Of a stretch of 64,000 bases of DNA, positions 52,530-63,416 are shown in pieces; within the stretch, counting starts at the first letter, position 1; each line of letters starts with the position of its first letter. The notes beneath the pieces are model-generated. The model was not told the origin of the DNA. It searched no databases and worked only from the letters and a program-made list of their open reading frames with translations. The stretch lies in the NCBI GenBank assembly GCA_963755715.1, contig CAVWLW010000054.1:32001-96000 (forward strand), given 5' to 3'. Origin of the DNA: an uncultured delta proteobacterium. Its GTDB lineage: Bacteria > Desulfobacterota > Binatia > UBA9968. A program made the position numbers and the translations under genes.

Positions 52530-54109
52530 GGTTTAGCTTTCGACTCCTTGACAGGCTGACTCTTGGTTTCTTTGATCTCCACGCCTTTCGCCGCCGGTTT
52601 CGGCTTCTCAAGCTCCGCCTTCAAAGAAAAAGTCTCGCGATTATCACGACCGCGATTGGACGGCGCGTTGAAGCCGACGTTTTCAAATAAGGGGGAGCGC
52701 TCTAACAGGGGAATCAAGGCCGAGGCGCTCTCGGCGTTGCCTTGAATCTCCAATAATCCGGCGCGATAACGCAGGTTTGAAAAATAGGCGTTGTTCGGCA
52801 CCACTTTTGAGAGCTCATCGAGCACACGGAGGATCTCGCCGCGGCGTTGATCGAGGTCCCTGAGCAAAGCCGTTTCCTTGCGCAATTGCTCGAGCTGTAT
52901 TTCCTCGGCGCGCAGCGCGCGGATCGCGGGCTCGATTTTTTTATTCTCGCTTTGCAATTGGCGGAGCCGCAACTCATCTTTGATCGGAAAGCTCGCGCCC
53001 CAAACGAGCAGCGCAATGAAAAGCAGGCTGAGTAGGACCGTGTTGAGGAGAGAGAAAGTTTTCGCGCTGTCCGCGTCGTTGCCCTCGTGGCGCAAAAAGT
53101 TTGCTGCCAGCGACGCTTCACGGACACCGCGCAAGGCGGCGCCGATGGCGGGCAGTAATTCCGCATCGACGGGCTGGCTAAAGCCTTTTAAGCGCTCTGC
53201 GCCAAGGGTGGTCATGTCCGCAGCCGCCGCGAGTTTGCCGTTGACCGCGCCGTTGAGCAGCGCGAGATCGCCGCACCGATAAAACTGCGGGACTTGGTTC
53301 AGGCCTTCCTGCAGCAGCTCTTTGCCCGCGCCTTGAGCCCACTCGGCGGCGGGAAAGCGATGGCAATACAACAATTCGGTCGTCGGCCTCCAGCGGCTGT
53401 CTTTGAGCTGGACGCCGATCATTTCCCATTCCTTCGCATGGCCAGCTATCATAGCGGCGCCGCCGGTTGTCGGCGCGCTCGTGAACAGAAGATAATTGGC
53501 CAAGGCGGTGGCGGTCGTCTCGATGCCTCTCGGCTTGATGCCAAAAGATTCTAATAAGCCGAGAAGACCGTCGACGGCTTTCTTTGGCACGGCAAAGACA
53601 TAGACACTGAACTTTTCGCCCCTTCTCCCGACCGGATAAAAATCGTAGTAAATGTCCTCGCGTTTGAAAGGCAATTGCCGTTCGATTTCGTATTCGAGCA
53701 CCTGCTGGAGATTGTCTTGCGCCGCCAGCGGCAAGAAAACCTGTTGGCTGATCACTTGCTCCTGCGGCAAGCAAAGATAAATCGCATCGCGCGCGGCGTT
53801 GAAATGCGGCAATAAGGAAATAATCGCTTGCCGCAGCGCACGCTCATAGGAATCGCTCTCGGCTTTCAGGGCAATTTCCCGCACGTCATCGGCAACCCAA
53901 CCGGTAAGCTCTGCGATCGCTTGTCGACCGTCGCCGAGCGTCAGCTCACGCTGTTCTTGCTCCAGCATGGCAATGTTGAGCAAGCTCTTGCGTAGCCGCA
54001 CCAGCACCAGCCGATCGCTTAGGACATAGAGACCGGCACTGGTAAGAAAATCCGCGCGCGAAAAGTCTTGTAGACGACCCAGCCCGATCATCGCGCGCGA
54101 CCTCGCCAA
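52526..54109 (-). CDS. GspL/PilN-like T2SS protein
   Basis: YEIERQLPF..EDIYYD, TM, PilN-like C-terminus. Confidence 0.78.
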   Translation of the reverse strand: MARSRAMIGLGRLQDFSRADFLTSAGLYVLSDRLVLVRLRKSLLNIAMLEQEQRELTLGDGRQAIAELTGWVADDVREIALKAESDSYERALRQAIISLLPHFNAARDAIYLCLPQEQVISQQVFLPLAAQDNLQQVLEYEIERQLPFKREDIYYDFYPVGRRGEKFSVYVFAVPKKAVDGLLGLLESFGIKPRGIETTATALANYLLFTSAPTTGGAAMIAGHAKEWEMIGVQLKDSRWRPTTELLYCHRFPAAEWAQGAGKELLQEGLNQVPQFYRCGDLALLNGAVNGKLAAAADMTTLGAERLKGFSQPVDAELLPAIGAALRGVREASLAANFLRHEGNDADSAKTFSLLNTVLLSLLFIALLVWGASFPIKDELRLRQLQSENKKIEPAIRALRAEEIQLEQLRKETALLRDLDQRRGEILRVLDELSKVVPNNAYFSNLRYRAGLLEIQGNAESASALIPLLERSPLFENVGFNAPSNRGRDNRETFSLKAELEKPKPAAKGVEIKETKSQPVKESKAKP

Positions 54110-54157
54110 GCGAATGTCACAATCTGTACGGCCATAAAACGCATCTTACTCTAAGAT

Positions 54158-55186
54158 TCAGCTGCGGGGTAGCGTTATGTCACGGTCCAACCAGCGCAGG
54201 ATTTCGAACCCTTGGGCGCCTCCCAGACGGACGATTCCTTTGACCTTTCGAGCCATGCGCGAACCGGAGGGCCGGCCTTCCGCCTCGACCGCAATGACCG
54301 ATGGGTTGGTAAAGATAAACGCTTGCATGGCGCTATCAGCCGCGCCGATGCCGAGCAGCGGCAGTAAGTCAGCGAGGCTCTTCTCCGAAAGCTTTTTGCG
54401 CTCTTCGACAAAGCCCCGACATTTCTCCAAGGCAATCCCCGTCAGGGCGTGAATCACTTCGGCAGACGCCGTGCGCAGATTGACCCGGTCGATGGGGCTA
54501 TCGACAGTGAAAATTTCGCGCAAAGCGGTCCGCGCTGATTCGTCTGCCGCCTGGCTGGTTTCGTCGCTGTAGCCAAAGAAAAGCTCCGGCGTCATTCCCT
54601 TGATCCAAAGCAGATCTTCCACACTGTCCAGTGGGCCGTTTTTTGCGCTGTACGGGGGCGATAGCGAGGCATAGTAGTCATTCTCGGCGCCGTTGGTGCG
54701 GTGCAAATCGTCTGCGTCGCGCCAATCCATAATGGAGTCGACCAAAATGTCTCTCCGGGCTTCATCGAGACCGAGGTTCGTGAAGATGCGCCGCAAGGTT
54801 TCGTCATTGACCCGATTGATATTGATCTTGCCGCTTTCATCGACCAGGCGCACCCGAAATGCTCCCGTGCCGAGATCTTCTTCATGAAACTCGCCGTCGA
54901 ACGGGTCGTTCTTTTTCGCCTCCGGCGCTTGCGCCGTCTGCGCCGCCGGGTTCTGTTGATTTAAAAAATCGTAGAGGCCCCGTTCAAAGCCAGCTAAAGC
55001 TAAATAATAACCGAGGGTTTCGTCGCTGAAACGTTGCGCCGCGGTCGCTTCTTCACGCGCCGACGTGCTGAACTCGAAAGCGACGACGAAAAGAAAAATA
55101 AAAATCCACAACACGGCGATCAGGGCGACCCCGTCCTGATCGCCGAGCGGCGCTCGCGCCAACCAGAGACTGATTTTTTTCTTCAT
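54158..55186 (-). CDS. gspK: Minor pseudopilin GspK
   Basis: GVALIAVLW, DESGKININ, DWRDAD, NLRTAS. Confidence 0.9.
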   Translation of the reverse strand: MKKKISLWLARAPLGDQDGVALIAVLWIFIFLFVVAFEFSTSAREEATAAQRFSDETLGYYLALAGFERGLYDFLNQQNPAAQTAQAPEAKKNDPFDGEFHEEDLGTGAFRVRLVDESGKININRVNDETLRRIFTNLGLDEARRDILVDSIMDWRDADDLHRTNGAENDYYASLSPPYSAKNGPLDSVEDLLWIKGMTPELFFGYSDETSQAADESARTALREIFTVDSPIDRVNLRTASAEVIHALTGIALEKCRGFVEERKKLSEKSLADLLPLLGIGAADSAMQAFIFTNPSVIAVEAEGRPSGSRMARKVKGIVRLGGAQGFEILRWLDRDITLPRS

Positions 55187-55854
55187 GGCGCAAGCACCGT
55201 CATCATCACCGGAAAAATCCAGCGTACCGGCTTGCCCTGATCGTCCAAATAGGTCAGCCGCACGGCGCGCGGCAGGACCCGCCGTTCCCGGCCGTCCCAG
55301 CGCTCTTCCCAGGTTTCTTCGTCCGCCTGCGGGTCCAAATAAGCCAAGCGCAGTTCTTTGATACCGTCTTGCAAAATCACGCTGTAGCTCTGTCCCGGGG
55401 AGTCCGCCTGATCGCCGATCCGGACAGGCGTGGTTTCTTCCAGCTTTAAAAGCATTCGACCATGAGCGTCGTCGTCCGCGGCAATTTGAATCTTGGCCAT
55501 GCCGCGCCCGCCCATGCCTTGCGAATACGCCGAGACAAACGTCACGCTGTCGGTTTCGCCTTGAAAAAACGTCGTGAGTTCTTGCGCCGATTCCTTATAA
55601 GGATACGCGGAGCGAATATAGGTGCCGATGAGATCGCCAATCGAGCGCTGTTTCTGGTTTCGGGTGGCATTGGCCTGCGATTTCTCGACCGCGTTGTGAC
55701 CGAGAGCGAACACGCTGTAAAGAATCCCGCTCATGAGAGCGAAAATCGTCAGCGCCAGGACAACTTCGATGAGAGTGAAACCGTCTGGCCTAGCGCTCAC
55801 ACCGACCCAGGACACGCGGGTTTTTGGCCTTTCGGCCCAACGCACGATTGTCAT
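55183..55854 (-). CDS. gspJ: Minor pseudopilin GspJ
   Basis: GFTLIEV N-methylation motif, LPRAVRL. Confidence 0.82.
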   Translation of the reverse strand: MTIVRWAERPKTRVSWVGVSARPDGFTLIEVVLALTIFALMSGILYSVFALGHNAVEKSQANATRNQKQRSIGDLIGTYIRSAYPYKESAQELTTFFQGETDSVTFVSAYSQGMGGRGMAKIQIAADDDAHGRMLLKLEETTPVRIGDQADSPGQSYSVILQDGIKELRLAYLDPQADEETWEERWDGRERRVLPRAVRLTYLDDQGKPVRWIFPVMMTVLAP

Positions 55855-56261
55855 GGGTTAGTTTTCTTGCCAAGACGATAAGTCTTCAGGTCGATAAGTC
55901 GCTCCCGCCGGCCATCCAACCGGTATAACTCGAGCGCGACCTCCTTCAGCTCCCAAGTCTTCGCTAAATCCAAGGACAATGGCTCGCGGACGGTTTGAAC
56001 TTGAGCTTGCCACCGGCCGTTGGCGCCGAACGTGCCGCTTTCATCACCCTGCGGCAATTTTTTTCGCGCCAACAATTCGTCCATCACCCGGGCGCCGTCC
56101 GCGGCGGATTCCGTGCGCACTGCGCTGCGCGCATCCAGGCGCAGGCCCAAGGAGAAAATTTGCAACAACGTCACCACGCCCAAGCCGAGAATGGTGAGCG
56201 CGACCAAGACTTCGATCAGGGTGAATCCGCGGCTGGTTTGACGATTAAAGCGCATGGTCAA
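55851..56261 (-). CDS. gspI: Minor pseudopilin GspI
   Basis: RGFTLIEVLVAL; gene order. Confidence 0.8.
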   Translation of the reverse strand: MTMRFNRQTSRGFTLIEVLVALTILGLGVVTLLQIFSLGLRLDARSAVRTESAADGARVMDELLARKKLPQGDESGTFGANGRWQAQVQTVREPLSLDLAKTWELKEVALELYRLDGRRERLIDLKTYRLGKKTNP

Positions 56262-56719
56262 TTGGCGCGCGCGACTTCGATCCGGCCGGTGAGGGCTTCC
56301 AAGCGAATTAGATAGGAAATAGATTTTTCGCCGTCGGCAAGAACAATTTCACCGCCCAAACCGCTACCGTTCGGGTAAAAGTAGAATCTTTTGCTGTCGC
56401 GATCGACGGCCTCGCCGCCTTCGACGGAAATGAACCTTACCTCCCCCGGCAGGCGCACTTCTCTGGAGCGCGCAACGCGATAACTATTTTGCGGTAAATT
56501 GATCACGAGCTGTTGCGGTTCACCGTCGAACAAAGCGCGGCTCCTCAGATTGCGCGCCGCTGCCGCCAAGCCAAGAGCCGAGGTTCGCACCTCGCGTTCC
56601 TGGAGTCCCCTGGCGATGTTGGGCAGCACGATGAGCATGCTGACGCCGATCAAGAGCAGCACCAAAACCAGCTCGAGGAGCGAGAAGCCGCGCTTACCTT
56701 TCCCAGCTCGTAACATCAT
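56258..56719 (-). CDS. gspH: Minor pseudopilin GspH
   Basis: RGFSLLELV, FYPNGS..GG; start reassigned to 56719. Confidence 0.82.
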   Translation of the reverse strand: MMLRAGKGKRGFSLLELVLVLLLIGVSMLIVLPNIARGLQEREVRTSALGLAAAARNLRSRALFDGEPQQLVINLPQNSYRVARSREVRLPGEVRFISVEGGEAVDRDSKRFYFYPNGSGLGGEIVLADGEKSISYLIRLEALTGRIEVARAN

Positions 56720-57131
56720 GATTATTGCCGTCGCCGCCCGGCACGCCGTCGGCGCCGTAAGAAATGATATCGTACGGGCCATGGTCGCCGGGGCTCTTGT
56801 AGATGTAGGGCTTGCCCCAGGGATCGGGTGGAACTTCTTTTTTGAGGTAGGGTCCGTCCCATCGGTCGACTGCGCCGGGCTTTTGATTGAGCGCGGCAAG
56901 TCCTTCCTGTGACGTCGGATAGCGGCCGACATCGAGACGAAACGTATCGAGCGCCGTGCCCAGCAGCTCGATCTGCGCTCTGGCCGCCTTGGCCGTGGCT
57001 TTTTCTTCTTGCCTGATGAACTGCGGCACCACCAGGCCGGCGAGCAAAGCGATAATCGTCACGACGATCAACAGCTCGATCAGGGTGAAGCCCTGGGTAT
57101 TTCTTAGTGCTTTTTTAGAATGGCAAATCAT
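56694..57131 (-). CDS. gspG: Major pseudopilin GspG
   Basis: GFTLIEL, LDVGRYP, WDGPYL, DPWG, SYGADG. Confidence 0.95.
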   Translation of the reverse strand: MICHSKKALRNTQGFTLIELLIVVTIIALLAGLVVPQFIRQEEKATAKAARAQIELLGTALDTFRLDVGRYPTSQEGLAALNQKPGAVDRWDGPYLKKEVPPDPWGKPYIYKSPGDHGPYDIISYGADGVPGGDGNNHDVTSWER

Positions 57132-58335
57132 TGATACTAAAAATCGCCAGCAGCATGGAGATGACCACCACGCCGACGATCAGTCCCATGACTAAAATCA
57201 AGGCCGGCTCCAATAATGCAGTTAATCTTTTGGTCGTTCGTTTCACTTCTTGATCGTAATAATTGGCGATCTCGGCGAGCATGGCGTCCAGTTTACCCGT
57301 TTCCTCTCCCACCGCAATCATATTCAAGGCCAATGGCGGGAAAAGCCCGCTCTCGCTCAACGGCCGCGCCATGCCTTTGCCCTCGCGCACGCGCACCTGC
57401 ACCTGGGTGATCGCGCGCGCCAGCAAGCGGTTGCCGATGACGCCTTGCACGGTTCCCAGCGACTCCAGCAAGGGCACGCCGCCTTTCATCAGCGCCGAAA
57501 GGGTGCGCGCGAAACGGGCGGTCTCGAACTTGCGCACCAGTTCGCCCAACAACCACGCGCGCAGACAGAAACGATCCCATTCGCCTTTTCCCTCAGGCGT
57601 GCGGATATAATAGATCGCCGCGGCAACTATGCCGACTACGACTAAGAGAATGATCCAACCGTATTGCGACAGGGTTAAGCTCAAGTTAATAACCAGCTTG
57701 GTGATCAACGGCAGAGATTTGTTTACGTCTTTAAAGATCGCCGAAAAGCGCGGGATGACGAAGACAAACATCACGATCAGCGATAAGCCGGCCGCGCTCG
57801 CCAGTATCGCCGGATAGATCAACGCCGATTTGACTTCCTCCTTGAGCGCGAGCGTGCTTTCCAAGTATTCCGTCAGATAACGGAGCACGCCTTCCAAAAT
57901 CCCGCCGGCTTCACCAGCGCGGATCATGTTTACGTAAATTTTCGGAAACACGTCGGGATGTTCGCCCATGGAAGCGGCCAAAGATTTCCCGGCACGCACC
58001 GCTTCGACCAGCGAGCGCAAAATCTTGCTCAACTCGCCGCCCTCGACCAGTCCGCCGAGGATCGAAAGGCTGCGGTCGAGAGGCAGACCGGCGCTGAGCA
58101 ACGTGCCGAGCTCGCGGGTAAACTGCAGGAGCTGTTGCTGGCTGACCTTGCGTCGAGCCGGCAACAGCGGCTGGCGCACCTTGCCGACCGCGCGCTCGCT
58201 CGGCAGCGCGATGCGCAGCGGGACACAGCCCATCTCACGCAAACGCAAAATGACGCTTTGCTCGGCGTCCGCTTCGATCACGCCGTCGACGACTTTCCCA
58301 GCCTGATCGGCGGCGCGATATTGGAAAAAAGCCAT
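57115..58335 (-). CDS. gspF: T2SS inner membrane platform GspF
   Basis: AGLPL, AGEAGG.L, GEETGKL, LLEP. Confidence 0.93.
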   Translation of the reverse strand: MAFFQYRAADQAGKVVDGVIEADAEQSVILRLREMGCVPLRIALPSERAVGKVRQPLLPARRKVSQQQLLQFTRELGTLLSAGLPLDRSLSILGGLVEGGELSKILRSLVEAVRAGKSLAASMGEHPDVFPKIYVNMIRAGEAGGILEGVLRYLTEYLESTLALKEEVKSALIYPAILASAAGLSLIVMFVFVIPRFSAIFKDVNKSLPLITKLVINLSLTLSQYGWIILLVVVGIVAAAIYYIRTPEGKGEWDRFCLRAWLLGELVRKFETARFARTLSALMKGGVPLLESLGTVQGVIGNRLLARAITQVQVRVREGKGMARPLSESGLFPPLALNMIAVGEETGKLDAMLAEIANYYDQEVKRTTKRLTALLEPALILVMGLIVGVVVISMLLAIFSINDLPF

Positions 58336-58447
58336 CTCTCAGCCCTACCGTTGGCTCCCGCCCTTGTTGGATTGTAAATTTAGGGTTTTTAGATTCTTCG
58401 CGAGGTGTTCAAGCGAGCCAAAGTCAAAATCCCAAACCTCAATTGAT

Positions 58448-60149
58448 CTAAGCTTCTTCTTCTCTTGTCACCCGTAACAATTCCGCTAAGGTCGTCACGC
58501 CCTGGCGAACTTTATCCCAACCGTCATCGCGCAGGAGACGCATCCCTTGCCGCACCGCGAGATTGCGAATCGCGCCGGCATCGGCGCGTTGCACGATCAC
58601 TTTGCAGATATCCGAAGTCGCCGGCAATAGCTCAAATATACCAACTCGTCCCAGGTAGCCGGTACTGTTGCAAGCGTCGCAGCCCACGGCTTCCCATACG
58701 GTCTGAACCGAGCCGCTATTTTGCAACTCCAACTCCGCTGCCGTAACGTTTAAGCCGGCAAATGGAACTTCCTTGCGGCACGCCGGACAGAGGCGTCGCA
58801 CCAGCCTTTGCGCCAACACGCCCAAAAGCGACGACGAAAGAAGATAATCCTGCACGCCCATTTCCAGCAGGCGAGAAATCGCGCCGGCGGCATCGTTGGT
58901 GTGCAAAGTCGAGAGCACCAAGTGACCGGTCAGCGCGGCCTGCACGGCGATCTCGGCGGTCTCGGCGTCGCGGATCTCGCCGACCATGATAACGTCGGGA
59001 TCCTGGCGCACGATCGAGCGCAGCCCGTTCGCGAACGTCAAACCGATCTGCGGCTTGACATAGATTTGATTGACGCCGCCCAATTGATACTCGACCGGAT
59101 CTTCGATCGTAATAATTTTTTTGCCGGGATCGTTGATCTTTTGCAGTGCGCCGTAAAGCGTCGTGGTCTTGCCGCTGCCGGTCGGACCGGTGACCAGGAT
59201 CATGCCATGGGGTTTCGAGATCATCTCATTGAACTTGGCGAGCAGAACCGGCGGAAATCCCATAGTATCGAGCTCGGTGAAAATCTGTCCCCGCTCGAGA
59301 AGCCGAATGACCACGCTTTCGCCGTACAAAGTCGGCACGGTGGCGATGCGCAAGTCGACATCTTTGCCGGCGAGACGGGTCTTGATGCGGCCGTCCTGTG
59401 GCAGGCGGCGCTCGGCGATGTTGAGCTGGGCGAGAATCTTGAGCCGGGAAATGACCGCGCCCTTCAATTGGCGCGGCGGCGATTCGACTTCGTGCAAAAT
59501 GCCGTCGATCCGGTAGCGAACTTTCAGTTGATTTTCGAACGGCTCGATATGCACGTCCGAAGCGCGGCTTTCGAGCGCGCGCACGAGCATCTGGTTGACC
59601 ATCCGAATGACCGGCACTTCGGACGCCATGTCACGCAAGTGAGCCACATCCTCGTCTTCACCGATGCCGTCGATCGGCTGCGCCGCGCTTTCATTGCCGT
59701 CCGCGCTGTAAGCTGCTGCTGTAAAGCGCCTCGATGCGCGCGGCTATTTCCTTTTCGCGCGCCAGCACCGGCTTGACGGTCAATCCGACCGCCAGCTCCA
59801 ACGCATGCAAGCGCGAAAGGTCCAAGGGATCGGTCGTCGCAACCAAAAGTTCGCGCCCGTCGATTTTTACCGGGACCATCCGAGCCAGCTTGAAGAAATC
59901 GCCGATGCCAGCAGGCAACTCGATCGCCAGCGGCGTGGGCGGGATATCCTTGAGCGACATCAAGGGAAGCGCGAAGTGGTCGCGTAACACCGGCAATAAA
60001 TCCTCTTCGGACAAAAAGCCCAACTCGACGACAAGCCGGCTCAAAGGCGCCTGTTGCTCCTGTTGCAGCTTCAGCACCCGGTCCAGTTCGTCGCTGGAAA
60101 GGAGCCGTCGTTCAATCAGCCGTTCGGAAAGACTCAGTTGCGGGTCCAT
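58448..60149 (-). CDS. gspE: T2SS ATPase GspE (frameshift ~59700)
   Basis: ASDVHIEP, GPTGSGKTT, RQDPD, TGHLV.STLH, tetra-Cys motif; N-terminal domain in ORF 59691-60149. Confidence 0.93.
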
Positions 60150-60162
60150 GAGTCGGATAATC

Positions 60163-60543
60163 CTACTTGCCCGCGCCCGGCGTCGCCCTGCCGTAACGGT
60201 CTTCGAGGCGTACTACGTCGTCAAGCTCCGGCGTCGACACCTCCAAGACATCACAGGTTTCCACGGCGGTCATGCGATGTTTCATGCCCGGCACGATGTG
60301 CAAACATTCACCGGGCGAGAGCCGAATGGTGCTTCGCTCACCGCCGATCTCGACATCCATTTCAAGCTGCCCCGACAACAAGCGAATCGTCTCGTCCTTT
60401 ACCACGTGATATTGATAGCTTAACGACTCGCCTTGGTTGATATGGAGAACTTTGCCGACGTAACGGTCGGTGTGTGCCCAGATGAGCTCATAGCCCCAGG
60501 GTTTTTCGACAATTCTTCCCTTTTCAATTAACTTGGGTAACAT
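60163..60543 (-). CDS. Cupin protein (mannose-6-phosphate isomerase-like)
   Basis: KPWGYE, SYQYH..KDET, HR, EVSTPELDDVVRLEDRYGR. Confidence 0.88.
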   Translation of the reverse strand: MLPKLIEKGRIVEKPWGYELIWAHTDRYVGKVLHINQGESLSYQYHVVKDETIRLLSGQLEMDVEIGGERSTIRLSPGECLHIVPGMKHRMTAVETCDVLEVSTPELDDVVRLEDRYGRATPGAGK

Positions 60544-60800
60544 ATAGCGACACTCATGATAGCAAATTCTCGCCTAGCAGCAAAGAAGTATAATCATCCG
60601 ACTTCAACCAACCAATGAAGAGCCGGGAGGCCACATTTTCGCCGACATCACGCAGCATTAATTCGCTTGTAAACCTCGTAATAAGCCCGTACCACGGCTA
60701 TTTTGAAGATGCCCTTGACTAGGTGCTAAAAGCGCGCCTATCGTCGTTGTGCATAATACGACCGAAACCACGGGACGATTCGAGAAAAAGGGAGTTTACG

Positions 60801-61157
60801 GTGAAAAGAAAAAACGCAATCGCAATTTGCTCGATGATCATCGCAGGTTTATTATCTGCTTCTTGTGAATCCGTTTTTGACCGAGACCGTGGAAGATACG
60901 ATGGAAGAGAAGCGCAACTGAACTTGACCGGTACTTGGTATGTCAATGGTGACCGGGACCAGCGTGCCGAAATAGTATCAACACCCAGTGGACTCGAAGC
61001 TAGAAACGAGCGCGGCGATACGAGTCGTTTAGTCACCGAGCGTGATGGAGATATTCGGGCGCTCGACTGGGAAGGTGGACTGCGAGGCGATACTAGGCCC
61101 GGCAGGATTGATTGGCCGAACGGGACGACATGGACCCGCGAGCCTTCTCGACGTTAG
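60801..61157 (+). CDS. Putative lipoprotein
   Basis: GGAG RBS, GTG start, signal peptide ending LLSASC. Confidence 0.6.
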   Translation: MKRKNAIAICSMIIAGLLSASCESVFDRDRGRYDGREAQLNLTGTWYVNGDRDQRAEIVSTPSGLEARNERGDTSRLVTERDGDIRALDWEGGLRGDTRPGRIDWPNGTTWTREPSRR

Positions 61158-62405
61158 TTTGAATCACGCGATAGGGCTTTATCGAATGCCTTAGCGAGAT
61201 CGCGATTCCAACGCTCAATCGAAAACCTGGTTTCGATATCCCTTAGCCCCGCGTCCCCCAAGTTTCTTCGCATGCCTGCGTCTTTGATCAGGCTGGATAG
61301 TACTTCTACCAAACCGTTCGTAACGGCGGGATCCGCAGAGAAAACGGGCTTGTAATATTCTCTGAGGATTCCGTTGCTATCCATCCATGAACAGGTGCCA
61401 TAGCGCCCCGGCACGATCAAACCATTCCGGCCATGGTCAATGTATTCCGCCATTCCCCAACCATCTGTAACCACGATCGCCAACCCGGCCGCCATTGCTT
61501 GTAAAATCGATACAACATGTAGTCGGGCAGAAGGTAGCACGTAGATATCTGCGCTAGAAAAAAGCGCTTCCATTTCATCTTCGGAAAGAAATTGATCGAT
61601 CACCTGGACGTTGCATCGTTCGATGATTTGTCGGTAACGCTGATTGAGATCTTGGGGCAGCTTGCTTCTCAGAATTAGCCGCAAGTGTGCATGCTTGGAA
61701 AAGATTACAGAATAGGCTTCTAAGACATCCAACCCACCGCGCAAATAAAACCCAGTCGAGGCCTGATGCCAGGAATTCGTAAATAGAATCGTCACAGCAT
61801 CGTTTTCGGCTGGGATCTTGCGTTTAAATCGCTGCCGAATACCCAACGGAATATGGGTAACTTTCGAACCCAGCGTCGAATCGTTGAACAGGATCGGGAT
61901 GCTATTCGCCGTAGACCTGACGTGACAGATGATACCTCGACAGCTTTCAGATTGAAGTAGAGCCTTGACAGTCGGGAAAAATCCAGAATCGTAGATGCCA
62001 CCGGTCCCGAAGAGTCGCGGGTCCTGCCTTTTCCCGGAAATTCTCGGAAACGGGACGAAGAGCGTCGTCGTGTCTTCTATCTCAATAACCCAGGGAGTTT
62101 GCCCAAGAATAAAAGGCATACTCGGCAGAAAGGCCAGGCTGACATCAGACGGGGACGGATAGCTGCGCAACGAGCGAGCGCGAGTGAATAAATTTCGTCA
62201 AGCCAACCAAGGTGGATCCATTGGCGACTGCATTCCACGACAGCGCACTTATGGATTTTAGAAGACGGGCGGGCGTCCTCAGCCCAAAATGTCCGCCAGT
62301 AACAAATTCATAACCCGGCGGCGGGTAACGGATGTGTTCAAATTGGGGATGATGACCTACGTGCTTAAATGGACGCAGATAACCACCATACAAAACTTTT
62401 ATCAT
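61154..62405 (-). CDS. Glycosyltransferase family 4-like (frameshift ~62160)
   Basis: ADIYVLPS, AMAAGLAIV.TD..G..E, NGLIVP; N-terminus in ORF 62145-62405. Confidence 0.82.
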
Positions 62406-62467
62406 CTTCTAATAGAATACCTCAGTAAGCATGAGAGATATTGGCCACCTTTTCTGTTCGAGAGGAA

Positions 62468-63409
62468 TCATCGCCGAAAGGTCGCGATAGCACCGGAACG
62501 GCAATATTCCCATGAGTACCGAAGGCTCCATTTTCTAAGAAGCATAGCCTGTTTATAGGCAGCCCGCGCTTTTTCTTGTTCGCCTCTTTTCTCATAATAT
62601 AAACCTAAGCGAAAATATTTTCTTCCAAGTTTTTTGTTAAAAGCGGTCTTGCCGATTCGACGGTAGACATCTGGATACTGGTCACGAATATGCTCGAGTT
62701 CTCGCAGACCGTACTCGTAATGGGGATTTACGGCGGTGTTATTTAACGGATGTAACCGCTTTCGAACTCCGATGTAGTCGACGAAAGCAACGGGGAAATA
62801 GGCCGCGAGACGGTAAAACCAGTGCAGATCACAGTTAAGGTAGATATCTTTGTCATATCCTCCGACAACTTCAAATGCTGATTTTCTTATCAGTGAAGAG
62901 GGACCGGTCATGAAGTTTTCGCTCACAATGTCCTGGACTGTGAGAAGCGATGCTGCCAGCTTTTTAGCCCTAGCTTCTGGGACAATTAGATCCAAGCTCG
63001 ACGCCCGCCCATTCTCCTGATCGAGACTTGCCGGTGTATCCTTGAAAAACTCCGTATTATCGAATGCCGCACCAAGCGCTTGGTTTTGTTCGAGAGCGCG
63101 TACAAGAACCTCGACATGATCTTCATTATAAATATCATCGCTGTTCCACGTCGCGAGATATTTCCCTCGAGCCTCTTTCATTCTCTGATTGGCGGCCTGT
63201 AAAAAAGGCTTGTCGCCCTGTGCCCATGAAATGCACCGGGAATCTCCCCTGAACGGCTCAAGAGCCCGTTCTATCTCTTCAGAACCGTCCCCCAACACAA
63301 TCACTTCCAGTGAACTGTAAGACTGCTTGAGAATAGACCCCAAGGAATCGTCGATAAATCTCGCATAAGGAGCATGGGCAAAGAGAATGATGGAAACTAG
63401 TGTGTCCAT
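62468..63409 (-). CDS. Glycosyltransferase family 2
   Basis: VSII, SILKQSY..LEVIV, NSDD, VGGYD, D..W. Confidence 0.88.
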   Translation of the reverse strand: MDTLVSIILFAHAPYARFIDDSLGSILKQSYSSLEVIVLGDGSEEIERALEPFRGDSRCISWAQGDKPFLQAANQRMKEARGKYLATWNSDDIYNEDHVEVLVRALEQNQALGAAFDNTEFFKDTPASLDQENGRASSLDLIVPEARAKKLAASLLTVQDIVSENFMTGPSSLIRKSAFEVVGGYDKDIYLNCDLHWFYRLAAYFPVAFVDYIGVRKRLHPLNNTAVNPHYEYGLRELEHIRDQYPDVYRRIGKTAFNKKLGRKYFRLGLYYEKRGEQEKARAAYKQAMLLRKWSLRYSWEYCRSGAIATFRR

Positions 63410-63416
63410 AAATAAA

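Noticed and set aside
37511-60440. Long plus-strand ORFs (e.g. 38204-39277, 45311-46198, 58808-59776)
   Set aside because: They are antisense shadows of well-supported GC-rich minus-strand genes and show no recognisable motifs.
32179-62405. Frameshifts in gspD, gspE, xdhC, dehydrogenase and GT4 as programmed frameshifting or real pseudogenes
   Set aside because: They are scattered single indels in otherwise intact genes with no shared slippery motif; sequencing error is the simpler explanation.
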